Shown: positions 23,925 through 36,443, counted from the stretch's first letter. The stretch: 41,426 nucleotides of DNA from Octopus bimaculoides (GCF_001194135.2 NC_068986.1:89960495-90001920); one strand, 5' to 3'. Notes: generated by a model from the sequence alone, not told the origin. Translations and numbers: made by a program.

Positions 23925-24709
23925 TGGAAAAATGCAAGCAAGAGAAATATTCTTAAGATAATAAACCTGGAAAATTACAGGACAAGCTATTACACTTAAA
24001 AAAATTCAGGACAAGTTATTACATCTGGTAAAGTACAGAACAAGAACATTTTTACTTAAAATATTGCAGCTAAGGATAAAATTTGAATATTAAAAATTAT
24101 TTGATATTAATTTACAAAGTAACATTATAATTAAAAAATGTACTATCATTTTGTTAAAATATTGACACACTAGAATACTTAAAAAATGAAAGCCAGAAGT
24201 ACCAATATAGCTAAAGTTTTATGCAAAGTAGAATAGTATATATGGTAGGCAAATTCATTATGTAATAAAAGGCATTGGGTCAAGACTAAAAATGTGAAAC
24301 TTAATAATTCAAGCAAATTTTACTGTGAATTTGTTGTTATAGGCAGATTTCACTGTAATATATAACTAATTTTTGTATTCTATTTATTGTACTATTTTTT
24401 TCTATAACTTAATAATTAGAAATTTGGAAGTAATTAAAAAAAAAAAATGAATTTTTTTTTCAAATTCAAAAAATATTTTTGAATTATTTTTTATTTTTAA
24501 TAGAAGTAATAACTTGTAATAAAATTTTTAGTTTTAATAGAAGCTAATATTTTCTAAATCTGAATATTTTATTTGAAATTTTATCCTTTGCTGCAATATT
24601 TTAGGTAAAAATGTTCTTGCTCTGTACTTTAGCAGATGTAATAAGTTGTCCTGTAATTTTCCAGGTTTATAATCTTAAGAATATTATTTCTCTTGCTCGC
24701 ATTTTTCCA
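23925..24709. repeat. Foldback/MITE-like element with about 135-165 bp terminal inverted repeats
   Basis: 23925-24087 (TGGAAAAATGCAAGCAAGAGAAAT...GGATAAAATTT) is the reverse complement of 24576-24709, apart from a duplication in the left arm. Confidence 0.85.
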
Positions 24710-24844
24710 TCTAATTACTGATGTGTTACATATTCATATAAAACCCAAACCCCATATGTGTAAACTGATCACCATGAACCCAGTGTAGTTTGGAAAGAAA
24801 AAAAGAGGCAAAAACAAGGTGTTGATAATGAGAGAGAAAGAGAC

Positions 24845-26359
24845 AAGACAAATGTAAGCAAATAAATTTATTCTGGTATTACAGAGAAACAAAATGCTTG
24901 GCATGGAGTGGTCGTTACAGAATATTACATGTTCCAGTGGTAAGTAGTAACAGTAGTTGACACAAGAAATGTCTCAACCTACTGTAACACATCAAGGAAT
25001 TATTACCCAAGAGGAATTGAACAACGGAAGCAAAATTATCCCCAAATAATAATAATATTAGCAGTGAAATAACTACCAAATGATATATTTACTGTCCAGT
25101 TAATTAATGAAATGAACCCCAAAACTAAATTTCAAATAAACACCTATGGTAACTAAAAGTGTGACCATAGTCAATATTAATGAATCAATCCATACAACTT
25201 TATTGACTAGTGAAGACATGTATTGTAATTTCTTTTTAAACTTATTTCTGCAGATAGATCTTAACTTTATTAGGTAGCTTAATGCAAATGAAGCATATAG
25301 CATTGCATTATGTAACTAGCTTGTGTGTGTGTGTGTGTTTGTTGAGGATGGTTATTGTAAATGTTAAAAACACCTTTATATTCACTCTTTGTCCTCTGCA
25401 GGCACAGGTTATATTATATCACAAAATAACACAAGTGAATAACTGTATTTTAATGATTACAGTTACTATGACAATGATGCAAAATTGTTTTATCCCCAAG
25501 TCAGAACAATCTCATTAAGTTTCAGGCTATTATTGTAAAGTGTTTGGTTTTGAAAGAGGACAAATAACTGCAATAACTAATAATACATTGTAATACTAAT
25601 GCTGCTGCTAATAATAATAATAATGATAACACAGTATTTATCAAGCAGAAAGTGTAAGATACAAAGTTGGAGATTATAAAGTAGAAAAAATATACATGTC
25701 TCATCTTTCACTTTGACTTTAGTTTCAACTTTATCAAACATTTTTTGATTCAAGGCAAACATTATTTGTATTGTGGAAATATTTATTATCTAAGAGAAGG
25801 GGGAAAAAAAAAACAATGAAATTAACTGTAAATAGCATTCATTTCAGACATTGCTATTTACTGCAACTTGCAACAGAAATAACAGCCTAAGTTTATAACA
25901 GAACTTTTACATTCTGTTAAATAAAAATAATTTTCTAGTTCTTATTGAAAAGGAAAAAGAAATGGCTATATGACAGGCATGTTGGGAACAAAGATAATAT
26001 GTATTTATATAATGATAATATCACATGCATTTCTTAAGTCCTTCTCCCCAACAATCTAAATACATAAATTAGACCGTTATTAAAAAAAAAAAAAATAACA
26101 GAGAGTCTCTCTCTCTTTGTGTTATTCCTTTGTGAAAAGTAAGATGAACAAAAAATGCCAGCAGAATAAATGTAATTTATCTGATAAGAAAATACGAGGC
26201 TAACTTAAATCAAGGCAGTTATTCACCCAACCAAGGTCACCATTCAACAACACAACCATCTCTATCTTTGTCTCTTCTTCCACTGATGTGCATCCTTGGG
26301 AGCTGTGGACTGCTGTTTATGTTCATGTAGCTGTGAGGGAAGGAGGGGGGCTTACAAAA
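24845..26359 (-). other. DYNC1I2: Probable dynein IC 3' UTR
   Basis: Minus-strand AATAAA candidates at 25266-25271, 25199-25204 and 24867-24872. The last is followed on the minus strand by a U/GU-rich stretch (tgtcttgtctctttctctct). Confidence 0.45.
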
Positions 26360-26488
26360 TTACCGCAGTGGCACTGTCATTGACCCCATAAACGAAGAAT
26401 CTTCTTCTCGTTCAGCAGCATGGCTCTTCAGTTCTTGCAACGTCTGTCGGAAACATGACCATTCATCGTTCTTTGGATTGGCAATATG
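26360..26488 (-). CDS. DYNC1I2: Dynein IC terminal coding exon (HIANPKNDEWSCFRQTLQELKSHAAEREEDSSFMGSMTVPLR*)
   Basis: ttctctAG acceptor; resembles vertebrate IAVPRNDEWARF; TAA at 26362-26360. Confidence 0.93.
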   Translation of the reverse strand, partial: HIANPKNDEWSCFRQTLQELKSHAAEREEDSSFMGSMTVPLR

Positions 26489-26571
26489 CTAGAGAAGAAA
26501 GAGAGAAATTCACATGAACAAAGCATTTGACAAACACAAGCACTGTACACACACACACAGCCTTATAACAC

Positions 26572-26763
26572 ACTCTTTTACTTGTTTCAGTCATTTGACT
26601 GTGGCCATGCTGGAGCACCGCCATTAGTCGAGCAAATCGACCCCAGGACTTATTCTTTGTAAGCCGAGTACTTATTCTATCGGTCTCTTTTGCCGAACTG
26701 CTAAGTTACGAGGACGTAAACACACCAGCATCGGTTGTCAAGCGATGTTGGGGGGACAAACAG

Positions 26764-26802
<39 letters not shown>

Positions 26803-26960
26803 CGATGGGTTTCTTTCATTTTCCGTCTACCAAATCCACTCACAAGGCTTTGGTCAGCCCGAGGCTATAGTAGAAGACACTTGCCCAAGGTGCCACGCAG
26901 TGGGACTGAACCCGGAACCATGTGGTTCGTAAACAAGCTACTTACCACACAGCCACTCCT
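26572..26960 (-). mobile_element. tRNA-derived SINE, family 2
   Basis: Closely matches 11163-11554; lies in the last dynein IC intron. Confidence 0.85.
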
Positions 26961-27194
26961 ACGCCTCACAATTTTATTTTCATTTGTCAACTACACAACT
27001 TCATGTCTTACATGACTAACAATCTCTCCAGGTGACACCATACAGGATGTGTTCACAGTTTCTTTGAATGATTGTTAGTCAGGTGTGGAATAATACAATG
27101 CCTACATAAATAGTCATATTGATGTGCAGGGGTTGAAAAAGAGAAGAAAAAAAGGTTTAAGAATAAAAAAAAGAAAGCAAAGTAAATCACCAAC

Positions 27195-27320
27195 CTCGCC
27201 CACATCATAAACATTAATACGTCCATTGTCATCACCAGCTGCAATATGATGTCCACTTTGGTGCCATCTACACCGATTTAGAGCAACATTATTATCAGAA
27301 ACAGCTGTAGCAGTTGGGAC
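27195..27320 (-). CDS. DYNC1I2: Dynein IC WD40 exon (VPTATAVSDNNVALNRCRWHQSGHHIAAGDDNGRINVYDVGE)
   Basis: ttacAG acceptor and GTTGGT donor; 126 nt; ALNRxRW and YDVGE motifs. Confidence 0.95.
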
Positions 27321-27430
27321 CTGTAATACACAGAATATAATAACTTTTAGATAAAGGTAGAAGCTTCGAATATTTTCATGAATCTTAGGTCTTGTTATAG
27401 CAACATTGGGTGATTAAACCCTTGCATGTA

Positions 27431-27645
27431 CGAAGGGGTGCTGCAAAGTTCCTAGTTTGGGGTAAAAGAAAATACAGGAGGATCAATAATTATGATTTTA
27501 TTCAACATATTCCCCTCTCAGATTCACTCTTATTGCAGCAGTCCTTCTGTTTTTCTAAGCCCTGTAAAAGAACTAGGAAGATTGGGCCTCCAACAAGGCC
27601 TTTTGTGATACCCTTAAAAGCAGGAACATTTTCAGCGCCCCTTCA
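27431..27645. mobile_element. Tc1/mariner-type MITE
   Basis: TIRs CGAAGGGGTGCTGCAAAGTTCCT and AGGAACATTTTCAGCGCCCCTTCA, flanked by TA on both sides; 215 bp. Confidence 0.8.
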
Positions 27646-27779
27646 TATATGTACATAACCATATATGTAGGTGTGTATGTATACACAGAAACACATACAT
27701 ACATACACTAAATCTATTTCTTTGTTTCATCATGCAAAACGTAACAGACTTAAAAGGCAAGCTTTATAGCTTTAATTAC

Positions 27780-27920
27780 CTCGGTTTCGTTATTAAGGTG
27801 CCACAAATCCAGTCGACCCATTCCATCAACACTTGCAAACATGGCTGGGTGTATGGGAGACCACTGTACATCATAGACGTAGTCACTGTTGTCTTCAAAT
27901 GAATGGATGTATTTTGAATC
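27780..27920 (-). CDS. DYNC1I2: Dynein IC WD40 exon ([47 protein letters not shown])
   Basis: cttgcAG acceptor and GTAATT donor; 141 nt; SFEDNxDYVYDVxWSPxHPA and DGMGRLDLW motifs. Confidence 0.97.
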
Positions 27921-29039
27921 CTGCAAGAAATGAAAAGAACCAATTGATAACACAAATAACCCAGCTTAGATACAATCAGTGTTAAGACTTCATTTAATAA
28001 TGGAAGACTGAAATGAGAAGGATACTAAAGAATAAAAAGATATTAAACATAGTCAGTACACAGACTGAAGTATTGGTGACACACATACACAAGCTATCAT
28101 TACAACTGTACTGTATTCAGATCGTGCACATTTAACTTTCACTAGATACCAACCTAGCTGTAAATAGGTACCATTAGTAAGTAAAGTTCACTAATCTAAG
28201 AAGTAGTAGGGTATACAGCATATCAAACAACTGTTGAAGCTTTCGAGTTCAAATCTCTGTTGAGTACAACTTGGACGAAATGGATTCTACTGTTGAGTCA
28301 TACACTACATAAAAACATAATTTTAAGAGGTACAGCAACAACACAGTGGTTTAGAAAACGTTATCATCGTCATCATTTTAGTTCTACTTTCCATACTAGC
28401 ATTACTTGATGAAATGATGACAATACTGAACCAGAGAAAAAAGAAGACTTAAAGCATTACACATCCTAGTTTATTTAGAATAGGGAAATGAAATGTAGCA
28501 TGCAATCCCCTTCCCCACCCATACTTCTACTGTAACTTCCAGAGGCTCTTTCTCTCACCTGTTCTCACCCTGCCTCATTTTCTCTCATTGCCACCCACCA
28601 ATAGCTTCTCCACCCCCTTCTTCATCCTTCCCCCCTCAGGACTATTTCCATGAACCCCACCCCTCTCCTTTCTTCAAGGAATCTCAAGATTCTTCATTCA
28701 GATCTACTGCTCTTCCCCAGCCCTCTTTTCTTTACACCTTCTGTTCATACACACCCTTATAAGGTAGGATTGCTCTAGATCCTCCCCTACACAACCCACC
28801 TTATCACCTTTCCATCACACTTCTCAATAATCCGTCACTAATCCCTTTCTTTTCCCCTATTCTCTTTTATATCCCCAGCCACTTTCCATTATCACCCTTT
28901 GCAACTATAAATCTATTACCTACCTACAATCATCACATACTATTTTTCTATTCTCACTCAGTTACAGGGGCCAATTCGAGCCCTTGGCCTTGCAAATTAC
29001 AAGGCACTCTTCACTACTACATGTGCCATGAGCAAAGCA

Positions 29040-29220
29040 CCCAGTGTACTCTCTACATTAGCTGGCATTAAGGAAGGTCATCCAGCCATAGGAACTATGC
29101 CAAAATAGACACTGAAGCATGATGCAGTCTTCTAACTCATCAGATGTTATCAAACCATCCAACCCATGGCAGCATGGAGGACAAGCATTAAATGATGATG
29201 ATGATGATGAAAATGATGGA
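29040..29220 (+). mobile_element. Diverged RTE 3'-end fragment abutting a dynein IC splice donor
   Basis: GGAAGGTCATCCAGCC...AACCCATGGCAGCATGGAGG...(GAT)n tail ends 6 nt from the exon boundary. Similar + strand copies at about 1075-1225 and 33630-33810. Confidence 0.7.
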
Positions 29221-29225
29221 CTTAC

Positions 29226-29370
29226 TCGATTACTCCACAGCTTAATGGTCCAGTCAAAAGATGATGTCAGGAAGTATGGAGAGAAATCTATCTGACCAGG
29301 TACATTGTGGCAATCAATACCAGTCACAGGGCCTTGGTGACCCTCAAAGGACTCAGTTATACCAGCTTTA
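29226..29370 (-). CDS. DYNC1I2: Dynein IC WD40 exon ([48 protein letters not shown])
   Basis: atttcAG acceptor and GTAAGT donor; 145 nt; FEGHQGP and TSSFDWTxKLW motifs. Confidence 0.97.
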
Positions 29371-30783
29371 CTGAAATAAATAATACACAGATTATATAGC
29401 ACACAGGTTTTGTACAAACTTCAATCTATCAGTTTAGGTTAAAGTTATATTAACTAAAAACAAGCTAAGATTTGCCAATACTTATATATGTCAGTTTTAA
29501 CTTGTAGGCATGACACCAAGGTACTGGAATGTCTTTATAGTTGATCTTTAGTAGTGGTGTTACAATGACATATAAATCAATCAAGGATTTATTGAAGAAG
29601 GATAGACTTTATTTCATTTGTTCACTCCCTCTTTATTCAAGTCCTTCTACAATAATAACATCAATAATAATTGCTTCTAATTTAGGTACAAGGTCAATAT
29701 ATCAGAGGAGGGAATTACTTGAAATCATCAACCCCAGTGCTTAACTGGTACTTTATTGACCAAAGAAGGATAAAAAATAAAATTGACCTGAACAGGATCT
29801 TAACCCAGATCATGAAAGAAATACTACAAAGTATTTTGTCCAATGGTCTAATGATTCTGCTAATCCATCACCTTTAATAATAATGACAATAATGATGAGA
29901 ATCAGATGCTTTGACAGTGGCAGAGAATAACAGAAACTTTCCTTAACATACAAAACACTTCTAGCTCCTTCACTGAAACTGAAACAAGAGACAGAAAGAG
30001 ATCTCAACTGATCCACCACATTGCATTTGACCGTGTGAGAAGCCTGCTGTTCAGAACAGAAGCTGACATGACCTCGGGAGCCACAACCTACACATCAATG
30101 CATGCAATACACCACTTGAGGAACTTGGTAATGCTGTAGACATAATTTGCTGATATTATGACTGATCACTCAGTATTTCAACTACCTCTGGAATAAAAAA
30201 AGTCCCTTACTTCTAAAACAGTTAAGGGTTGGTGGCAAGAAGAGCATCTAGTTTAAAATCCTGCTTCCAATAATTCTCTGCCCTGTCTATCACAGCATAG
30301 AAAAATAAACATTAAATAAATGAGTGTTCTTTACTTTTCTTTGATTTTTCCGTCCTGTATAGTATATGTGGTACAGGCATTCTATACAGGGATTTAAAAA
30401 TTTTAACTGGATTAATAAAGATGAAATAAATCTACTTTAGCAGTGTATTAATTTGTTTCTGTTAGATATAGTTTCAATCTTTACTTCTCATTATTTTATA
30501 TGATAAGTATATTATGTAGCCTGTATCTAGAAATCCAGACATCCTCTGGTACCTGAGCCTACTGGATAAGTGGTTTTGTGTGTGCATTATTTTCCAACAA
30601 AACTAAATTGGTTTTCATAAACTGAACTGCATGTAAATTATTGTTTAATTTAAGCACTGCTAAAGTTTCACTGATAGTATTAACAGAAATGGGTTATGAA
30701 TACAAATCAGACAAACTGTTCCATTGAGTAGATAGATTATAGTTAATTTTGAAACAGCTCAGAAAAAAATAATATTTACAAAC

Positions 30784-30917
30784 CTGCCATGCCGAGATGC
30801 TGTGTAAACTGTGCAGTCTTCACTACCAACAACAAAGTTGTTAACATCTCCAGCTAAGAAGGAGAAACAAGTCACAGCAACTGCTTTGCTTTGACGATGT
30901 TGAAGTTCCATGCTGTC
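30784..30917 (-). CDS. DYNC1I2: Dynein IC WD40 exon ([44 protein letters not shown])
   Basis: ttgtAG acceptor and GTTTGT donor; 134 nt; QSKAVAVT and NNFVVGSE motifs. Confidence 0.97.
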
Positions 30918-31995
30918 CTACAATATAAGACAAAACAGAAATTGTTCTTAGAATACAGGCATCTATTCAATGACAAATTGCTTTAAATATTTTATGTTAA
31001 TGTTGTTTACCCCTTCATTATCTAGATCTATGGTCAAAAACTGTCCAATCATAATCATCCTGCCTTTTTAAGCCCTATCTTGGACTATATTATCCCACAT
31101 GTCCTTCCTTGTTAAAGACAGTAGGTTGGGATTTAAGGGAGATATGGTTGCTATTTCAAATAGGTCAAACAATTGCCTGTGTTAGATGGCCCTTAAGCAA
31201 CTTACAAGCTTAACTATCTTCATAAGATCTCAGTTCCTCCAAAGAGTAATCATCATTGCTGCCATTATTAGCATAATCAGGTCAAGCTTTCTCAGATATG
31301 CATGATTCTGATCATTCATTCATCTCTACCTTCCATGCTGTCTGATATTTCTTCTCAATGGCATCCAAAATCATCTGTTAATTGATAGGCATATGTCTTC
31401 ACAGCACAGCTAATCTGATTACAACTACAAGTTTATAAGTAATATTCACATAGTTATGATCTACTAATATTTCCAGAAGACAAGGAGGGACTTGAACTCA
31501 GTTCAGTTTGTGAAATATCTCCAACTATTTACCATTCAGCCACCGTCATATTATGTAATTACACCAGGGAATCACTGGTACTTCAGAGTACGTTACCAAT
31601 CAACTGGAATAAACATAGTCAACTACAACGATCTCCTCCTCTAGTCCCTTCTACACTAAATATGACTTTCCAATTGGCTAATTAATCATAGACTAGAAGT
31701 AGAGGTATCCATAGGATGTTTATAATGGAGCAACATAACAAGAAGATTAACTAATACCTCCTTCCTTTCAATGTCCATTGCATTCTTCCAACAGGAAAAA
31801 TTTACCAAATGAAATGTTAGGGAAATTGGAGAATGGAATGGAGTAAATTAACATAATTTATAGCCAAGAATGTGAATTAACAAAGCTAGAGAAAATTAAC
31901 ATAATTTAGAGTCAGGCAAGTGACACATGACAATCCAAAGATCCAAACTCTGTGTCTCAATGGCAATACAATAAGAAAAATAATAAACTTCTTAC

Positions 31996-32109
31996 TTGAG
32001 GTTGTGATAACATGTCCAAACTCCAGCAACAGATCTTGCCATCGGTTGACACACTGATTAGATTGTGAGCATTCTGGGTTCCAACTACTTTGATGCAGTA
32101 GACAGGATG
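31996..32109 (-). CDS. DYNC1I2: Dynein IC WD40 exon ([38 protein letters not shown])
   Basis: ttgacAG acceptor and GTAAGA donor; 114 nt; [11 protein letters not shown] signature. Confidence 0.97.
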
Positions 32110-32184
32110 CTGTCAAACAAATAAATAAATAAAGTGAACAAATGGCAGAAATGTGAAACATGCTTAAGCTCTCTCTATGACATT

Positions 32185-32380
32185 TATCATCATCGTCATC
32201 ATCATCGTTTAACGTCCACTTTCCATGCTGGCATGGGTTGGACGATTTGACAGAGGGCTGGCAAGCCAGATGGCTGCACCAGGATCCAATCTGATCTGGC
32301 AAAGTTTCTACAGCTGGATGCCCTTCCTAACGCCAATCTCTCTGAGAGTGTAGCGGGTGTTTTTTACATGCCAACCGGCA
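32185..32380 (-). mobile_element. RTE 3'-end fragment
   Basis: (CAT)n-CGTTTAACGTCCACTTTCCATGCTGGCATGGG...CCTTCCTAACGCCAA. A similar copy lies at about 35550-35720. Confidence 0.8.
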
Positions 32381-33875
32381 CAAACTAATAACAGGTGTGT
32401 GTGTGTGTCCATATGTGCATGTGTGTGCATATGTGCATGAGTGTGTTTATCATCTACGTCTGCAATCTCTGGCACAGATTAAGCAGGTTATGTCAGTTCA
32501 AATCAGTTCTCATTCAGGGCTATTGCTCTCCTAAGCAGTTCAGAGAGCTCCATTTTGATTGCATATTTAACTTTGTGGCTTGGTTTCTACAGCTTGAAAA
32601 GACTTCTTATCATCAACTACTTTACTAAGTGTACTGGGTACATTTTCTCATGGTACTGGCACTAATGAGGTTGCTTTATACCTCTGTACTGGTGTATTTG
32701 GTCTCAGTGAGGCTGCCTTGTACATACATGATGCCAGTACTAGAAGGGTTGCTCTGTACTGCATACTAGTAATCCGTAGTGCCAGCATTAGTAGGGTTGC
32801 CATATAACTCATAAGATTAAAGTGTCCTCATTGCCCTATGATGTGTCTGGTTGCTCAAGGTAAATGTAAAATGACAAAGTAGGAAAAGAAAAACACACAA
32901 ACAATATAAAATCCCATAAAAATGTTCTGGTTGAAAATATAGCACTGTTCACATCCAAACCAGAATATCTAAATCTACATTAGATATACTAACAGTGAAT
33001 CTGCACATATGTGCATACATTTGCCTGTGTTGTGTCAGCATCTTTGCACCACATATGACTGCACATGTATGAGTGTAAGCCTACTTTTGGGTGGAATAAA
33101 TACACCTTGAGTGAGATCTAGCATAGGCTTGGGCAGACCTAAGTTTTGTGAGTGAAATGGAGTAGATGGAAAATATGCAAAAGCTCTTTTGATGGATTGT
33201 AGCTGTAACTGAAAAAAACCAAACCTTTTCAAGCTATCATACTGATTCTGCTTGCATCTTATATTCAAGGTAAACATGTCTGTGGAATACTCAACCATTT
33301 TCACTCGAATGAGTAGGTAGTAGTATTGATTAAACAGCTGGAATACTTATTGACACAGTCACAAGGTTCATTTATTTTTCACATATCAAAGCAAAGTAAT
33401 TAAAAGTAGTAGTATCACCTTCCTCTAACTGGAGTATACACTCTGACACATCTTCATCATTAACTTCTCTTTTTTCCAACAAGAATAACCATGTATCCCC
33501 ACTACAGCAAGACATCTATTCTTGACTCTTTATCATGCTTTAACCCCTGATCACCAAGCATAAAGGCACTGCCCTCAGTGCTACACCCCACTTAGCAAAG
33601 GAATCTTGTCATGTAAGTTATTTGGTGACCTCACTGATGCTAGTGCCATGTAAAAAGCACCAAGTACACTCTGCAAAGTAGTTGACATTAGCAAGGGCAC
33701 CCAAACACAGAAACCATGTCAAAACAAATACAAGAATTCAATACAGTCACCAGCTCCTGTTGAGCTGTCCAACCCATGCCAGATTGGAAATCAGACATTA
33801 AATGGTGATAATGAGTAATGAGAGGTAAACAATGAAGACTAAACAAGACAATATGGTGGAGTAAGAGATAATATT

Positions 33876-33950
33876 TGAAGGAAATTAGTGCAGTGTTACT
33901 TGAAGGAAATTAGTGCAGTGTTACTTGAAGGAAATTAGTGCAGTGTTACT
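33876..33950 (+). repeat. Perfect 3 x 25-bp tandem repeat
   Basis: TGAAGGAAATTAGTGCAGTGTTACT repeated three times. Confidence 0.97.
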
Positions 33951-33958
33951 GTACTTAC

Positions 33959-34105
33959 CGTGTGAGCAGCTGCAGTGAGTGGAGTACGTTGGACAGGAGT
34001 TCGTTTATTGACTCTGTTGTCCCACAGAACAATTTGGCCAGAATAGGTGCCGCCAACTACCAAATTTGGGTGGAAATTGGCAAAACAGCTTGACATCACA
34101 GCAGA
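33959..34105 (-). CDS. DYNC1I2: Dynein IC WD40 exon ([49 protein letters not shown])
   Basis: ctctAG acceptor and GTAAGT donor; 147 nt; [12 protein letters not shown] and PVQRTPL signatures. Confidence 0.97.
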
Positions 34106-34532
34106 CTAGAGTAAAGTGGGTATAAAAAAAGAAAGAACAAACAATGATTAACAAATATTACATATACAAACATACAAATGTAAAATGACAGTTCTAAAAG
34201 ATATGTAAATTATATTCAACAAAGTTTCAACATGCACTTTATGTAGACTAACTTTTACAGACACAATAGTAAATATTTAAACTTCAGTGCATGTTCCATC
34301 TGGCATGGGAACTACAAAAGAGGCCACAATTAAGATTTGAGTGGAAAACGGATGTTAAACAATGATGATGATGGTTCTGGACAGCTTTTGTCAGTGACTT
34401 AATGACACGTGTGACAAATGATTGAAAGAAACTTATTGACTGATCTCATGCAAAACAATTTCACATCTCATTACATATCAACTGTAAGTTTTGATAACTT
34501 AAAAATAAGACAGAAAAATGTCTCTGACCTAC

Positions 34533-34658
34533 CTGACAGTGAAATATAAATTCAGGTGTGTCTTTCTTGAACTTGGAGTTCCAGACTAATACCACACCAT
34601 CTGGATCATGTGGAGATTCTTCGTTGGTATTATAAGAAGCAACTAACAATTCAGGATG
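34533..34658 (-). CDS. DYNC1I2: Dynein IC WD40 exon ([42 protein letters not shown])
   Basis: ttttcAG acceptor and GTAGGT donor; 126 nt; PELLVASY...PHxPDGVxLVWN motif. Confidence 0.97.
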
Positions 34659-35937
34659 CTGAAAAACAAACATGAAATCCATTAGAATAATAATTTGTGG
34701 TGTTTCTAATAGTAGAGAGAGAGTTTAAAGAGTTATGCCATAGTTCTTGCCAAAACTAACATTATATGTTAAATATAAAGTAAATATGAATCAAATACAA
34801 ATTGTCTTAATTATAATACAGCTTAATCTGTAAAACGGTTCACTCCCTGACGTTTCTAGGGGATATTACAAGGACACATATTCCAGGTGTATGAAGAAAT
34901 ACTATTTTAAAAATGATATATAGTTTCATTTATTATACATTTTTAAGATTACTGAAGGGGTTTATCTGGTAATGAAATTGGTCCAGTTAAATATGATCAC
35001 AAAATAGATAGGTGTTAAGAAGAGTTATGTAATTATAACTGGGTTTAAATCTTTGAAGAATATTCAAAATTTGACCAACTGAAGCCATACTGTGTACAAG
35101 GTATCTCGCCTCCAGTGCTGATGGTACGATGGAACCAACTATGTTCATTTAAAAGTGAATAGTGAGCGAGGCTACAGTGAGCAAAGTTACCTCTCTAGTA
35201 CTAGTGCCATGTAAAATGTACACAATAAAGTGATTGCCAAACAAACAGGAAAAGTTTAGGGTTGTGAGGTCCCTTTAATTCTGCCTTGCTGAGGTTCCAT
35301 GAGAAAATGCACCTTGTAAAGGTGTATATTCTCTCTGTATAGGGATTAGCCAAAGGAAGGGAATCTAACCATAGAAACCAAGATACATGGCATGTACAAG
35401 CACTAGTCTTTAGAAGCAGTAGCTCCCAATAAGAAAATTTACTTGGACTATGATAATTCATCCAACCTATGTAGCATGGAAAGTAGGAGTTGGCAGCAAT
35501 GATATTTTGTATGATGAAAAATTAGACAAAAGGGAAAAAAATAGAAGCCATCATCATCATCAACATTTAATGTTCGTTTTCCATGCTGGCATGGGTTGGA
35601 TGGCTTGACAGGAACTAGTAAGGTCAGGGGCTGCACCAGGTTCAATTTCTATGGCTGGATGCCCATCCTAATGCCAACAACTTTAGAGAGTGTACTGGGT
35701 ACTTTTTACATCCACACCAATACTTTTTATGTAGCACCTTGGTCTTAGGGCCTCAGGCACCTTGGTAAGTATTGCTTTTTAAGATTTTAAAAATTGAAAA
35801 TTTTATCATTTGAGAAATTTGTCATGAAAAGAGACAGCAAGGAGATGATTGAAGAGAAAACAATAATAAAAAACAAGGTAAAATAATATTAAGTATATAA
35901 TAAGTCTCACTGAAATTTCAAATTAGAAAGAACAAAC

Positions 35938-36037
35938 CTGAGTTGACCAATCCAAACTAGTAATGGTTCGATGCTTTGACCATCTTTCATCAAAGAAATA
36001 CCTGTTTAATTTCAGACGATCTCCAGCAAACTGGTCA
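35938..36037 (-). CDS. DYNC1I2: Dynein IC exon ([33 protein letters not shown])
   Basis: tttcAG acceptor and GTTTGT donor; 100 nt; [10 protein letters not shown] signature. Confidence 0.96.
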
Positions 36038-36443
36038 CTGAAAGAAGATTAGATATAAAGAGTCAACCCACCAAAAATAATGGAACGTGATGAGGATGGT
36101 AGTAAAGCATCTCAAAATCTTTCATATGAAAAATATATAAATTGTAATTGACTCAGGGAAATACTCAGCAACAATTAATAGAAACGAAAATTTCTTGGAT
36201 ATAAAACTAATGTATATTTTCAGAAATAACACAATCTTTAGATTTCTGCATTATATTTAGTTTTCTTTCTTGTTACTTCCTTCAATAATTTATATAAAAA
36301 TAAAACTGAAACTACACTGTATCATGCTATAATGAAAAAAACACTTTGGAAAATAGGTTTAAATTTATAAGATTGTTTCGAGCAACTTCACATGTACTGA
36401 AGGGTTTTGTCAAGTAGAAATTTATACACAAAATATTACTTAC

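Noticed and set aside
33106-33208. Exon-like segment on the minus strand (tttttttcAG...AAG/GTGTA) in a dynein IC intron
   Set aside because: At 103 nt it would frameshift between two phase-0 exons. It has no homology, and the flanking exons already join into the canonical sequence.
4855-35720. Recurrent near-identical repeats suggesting a CRISPR-like array
   Set aside because: The copies are dispersed, occur in both orientations, vary in length and are continuous with a LINE RT. There is no repeat-spacer periodicity and the context is eukaryotic.
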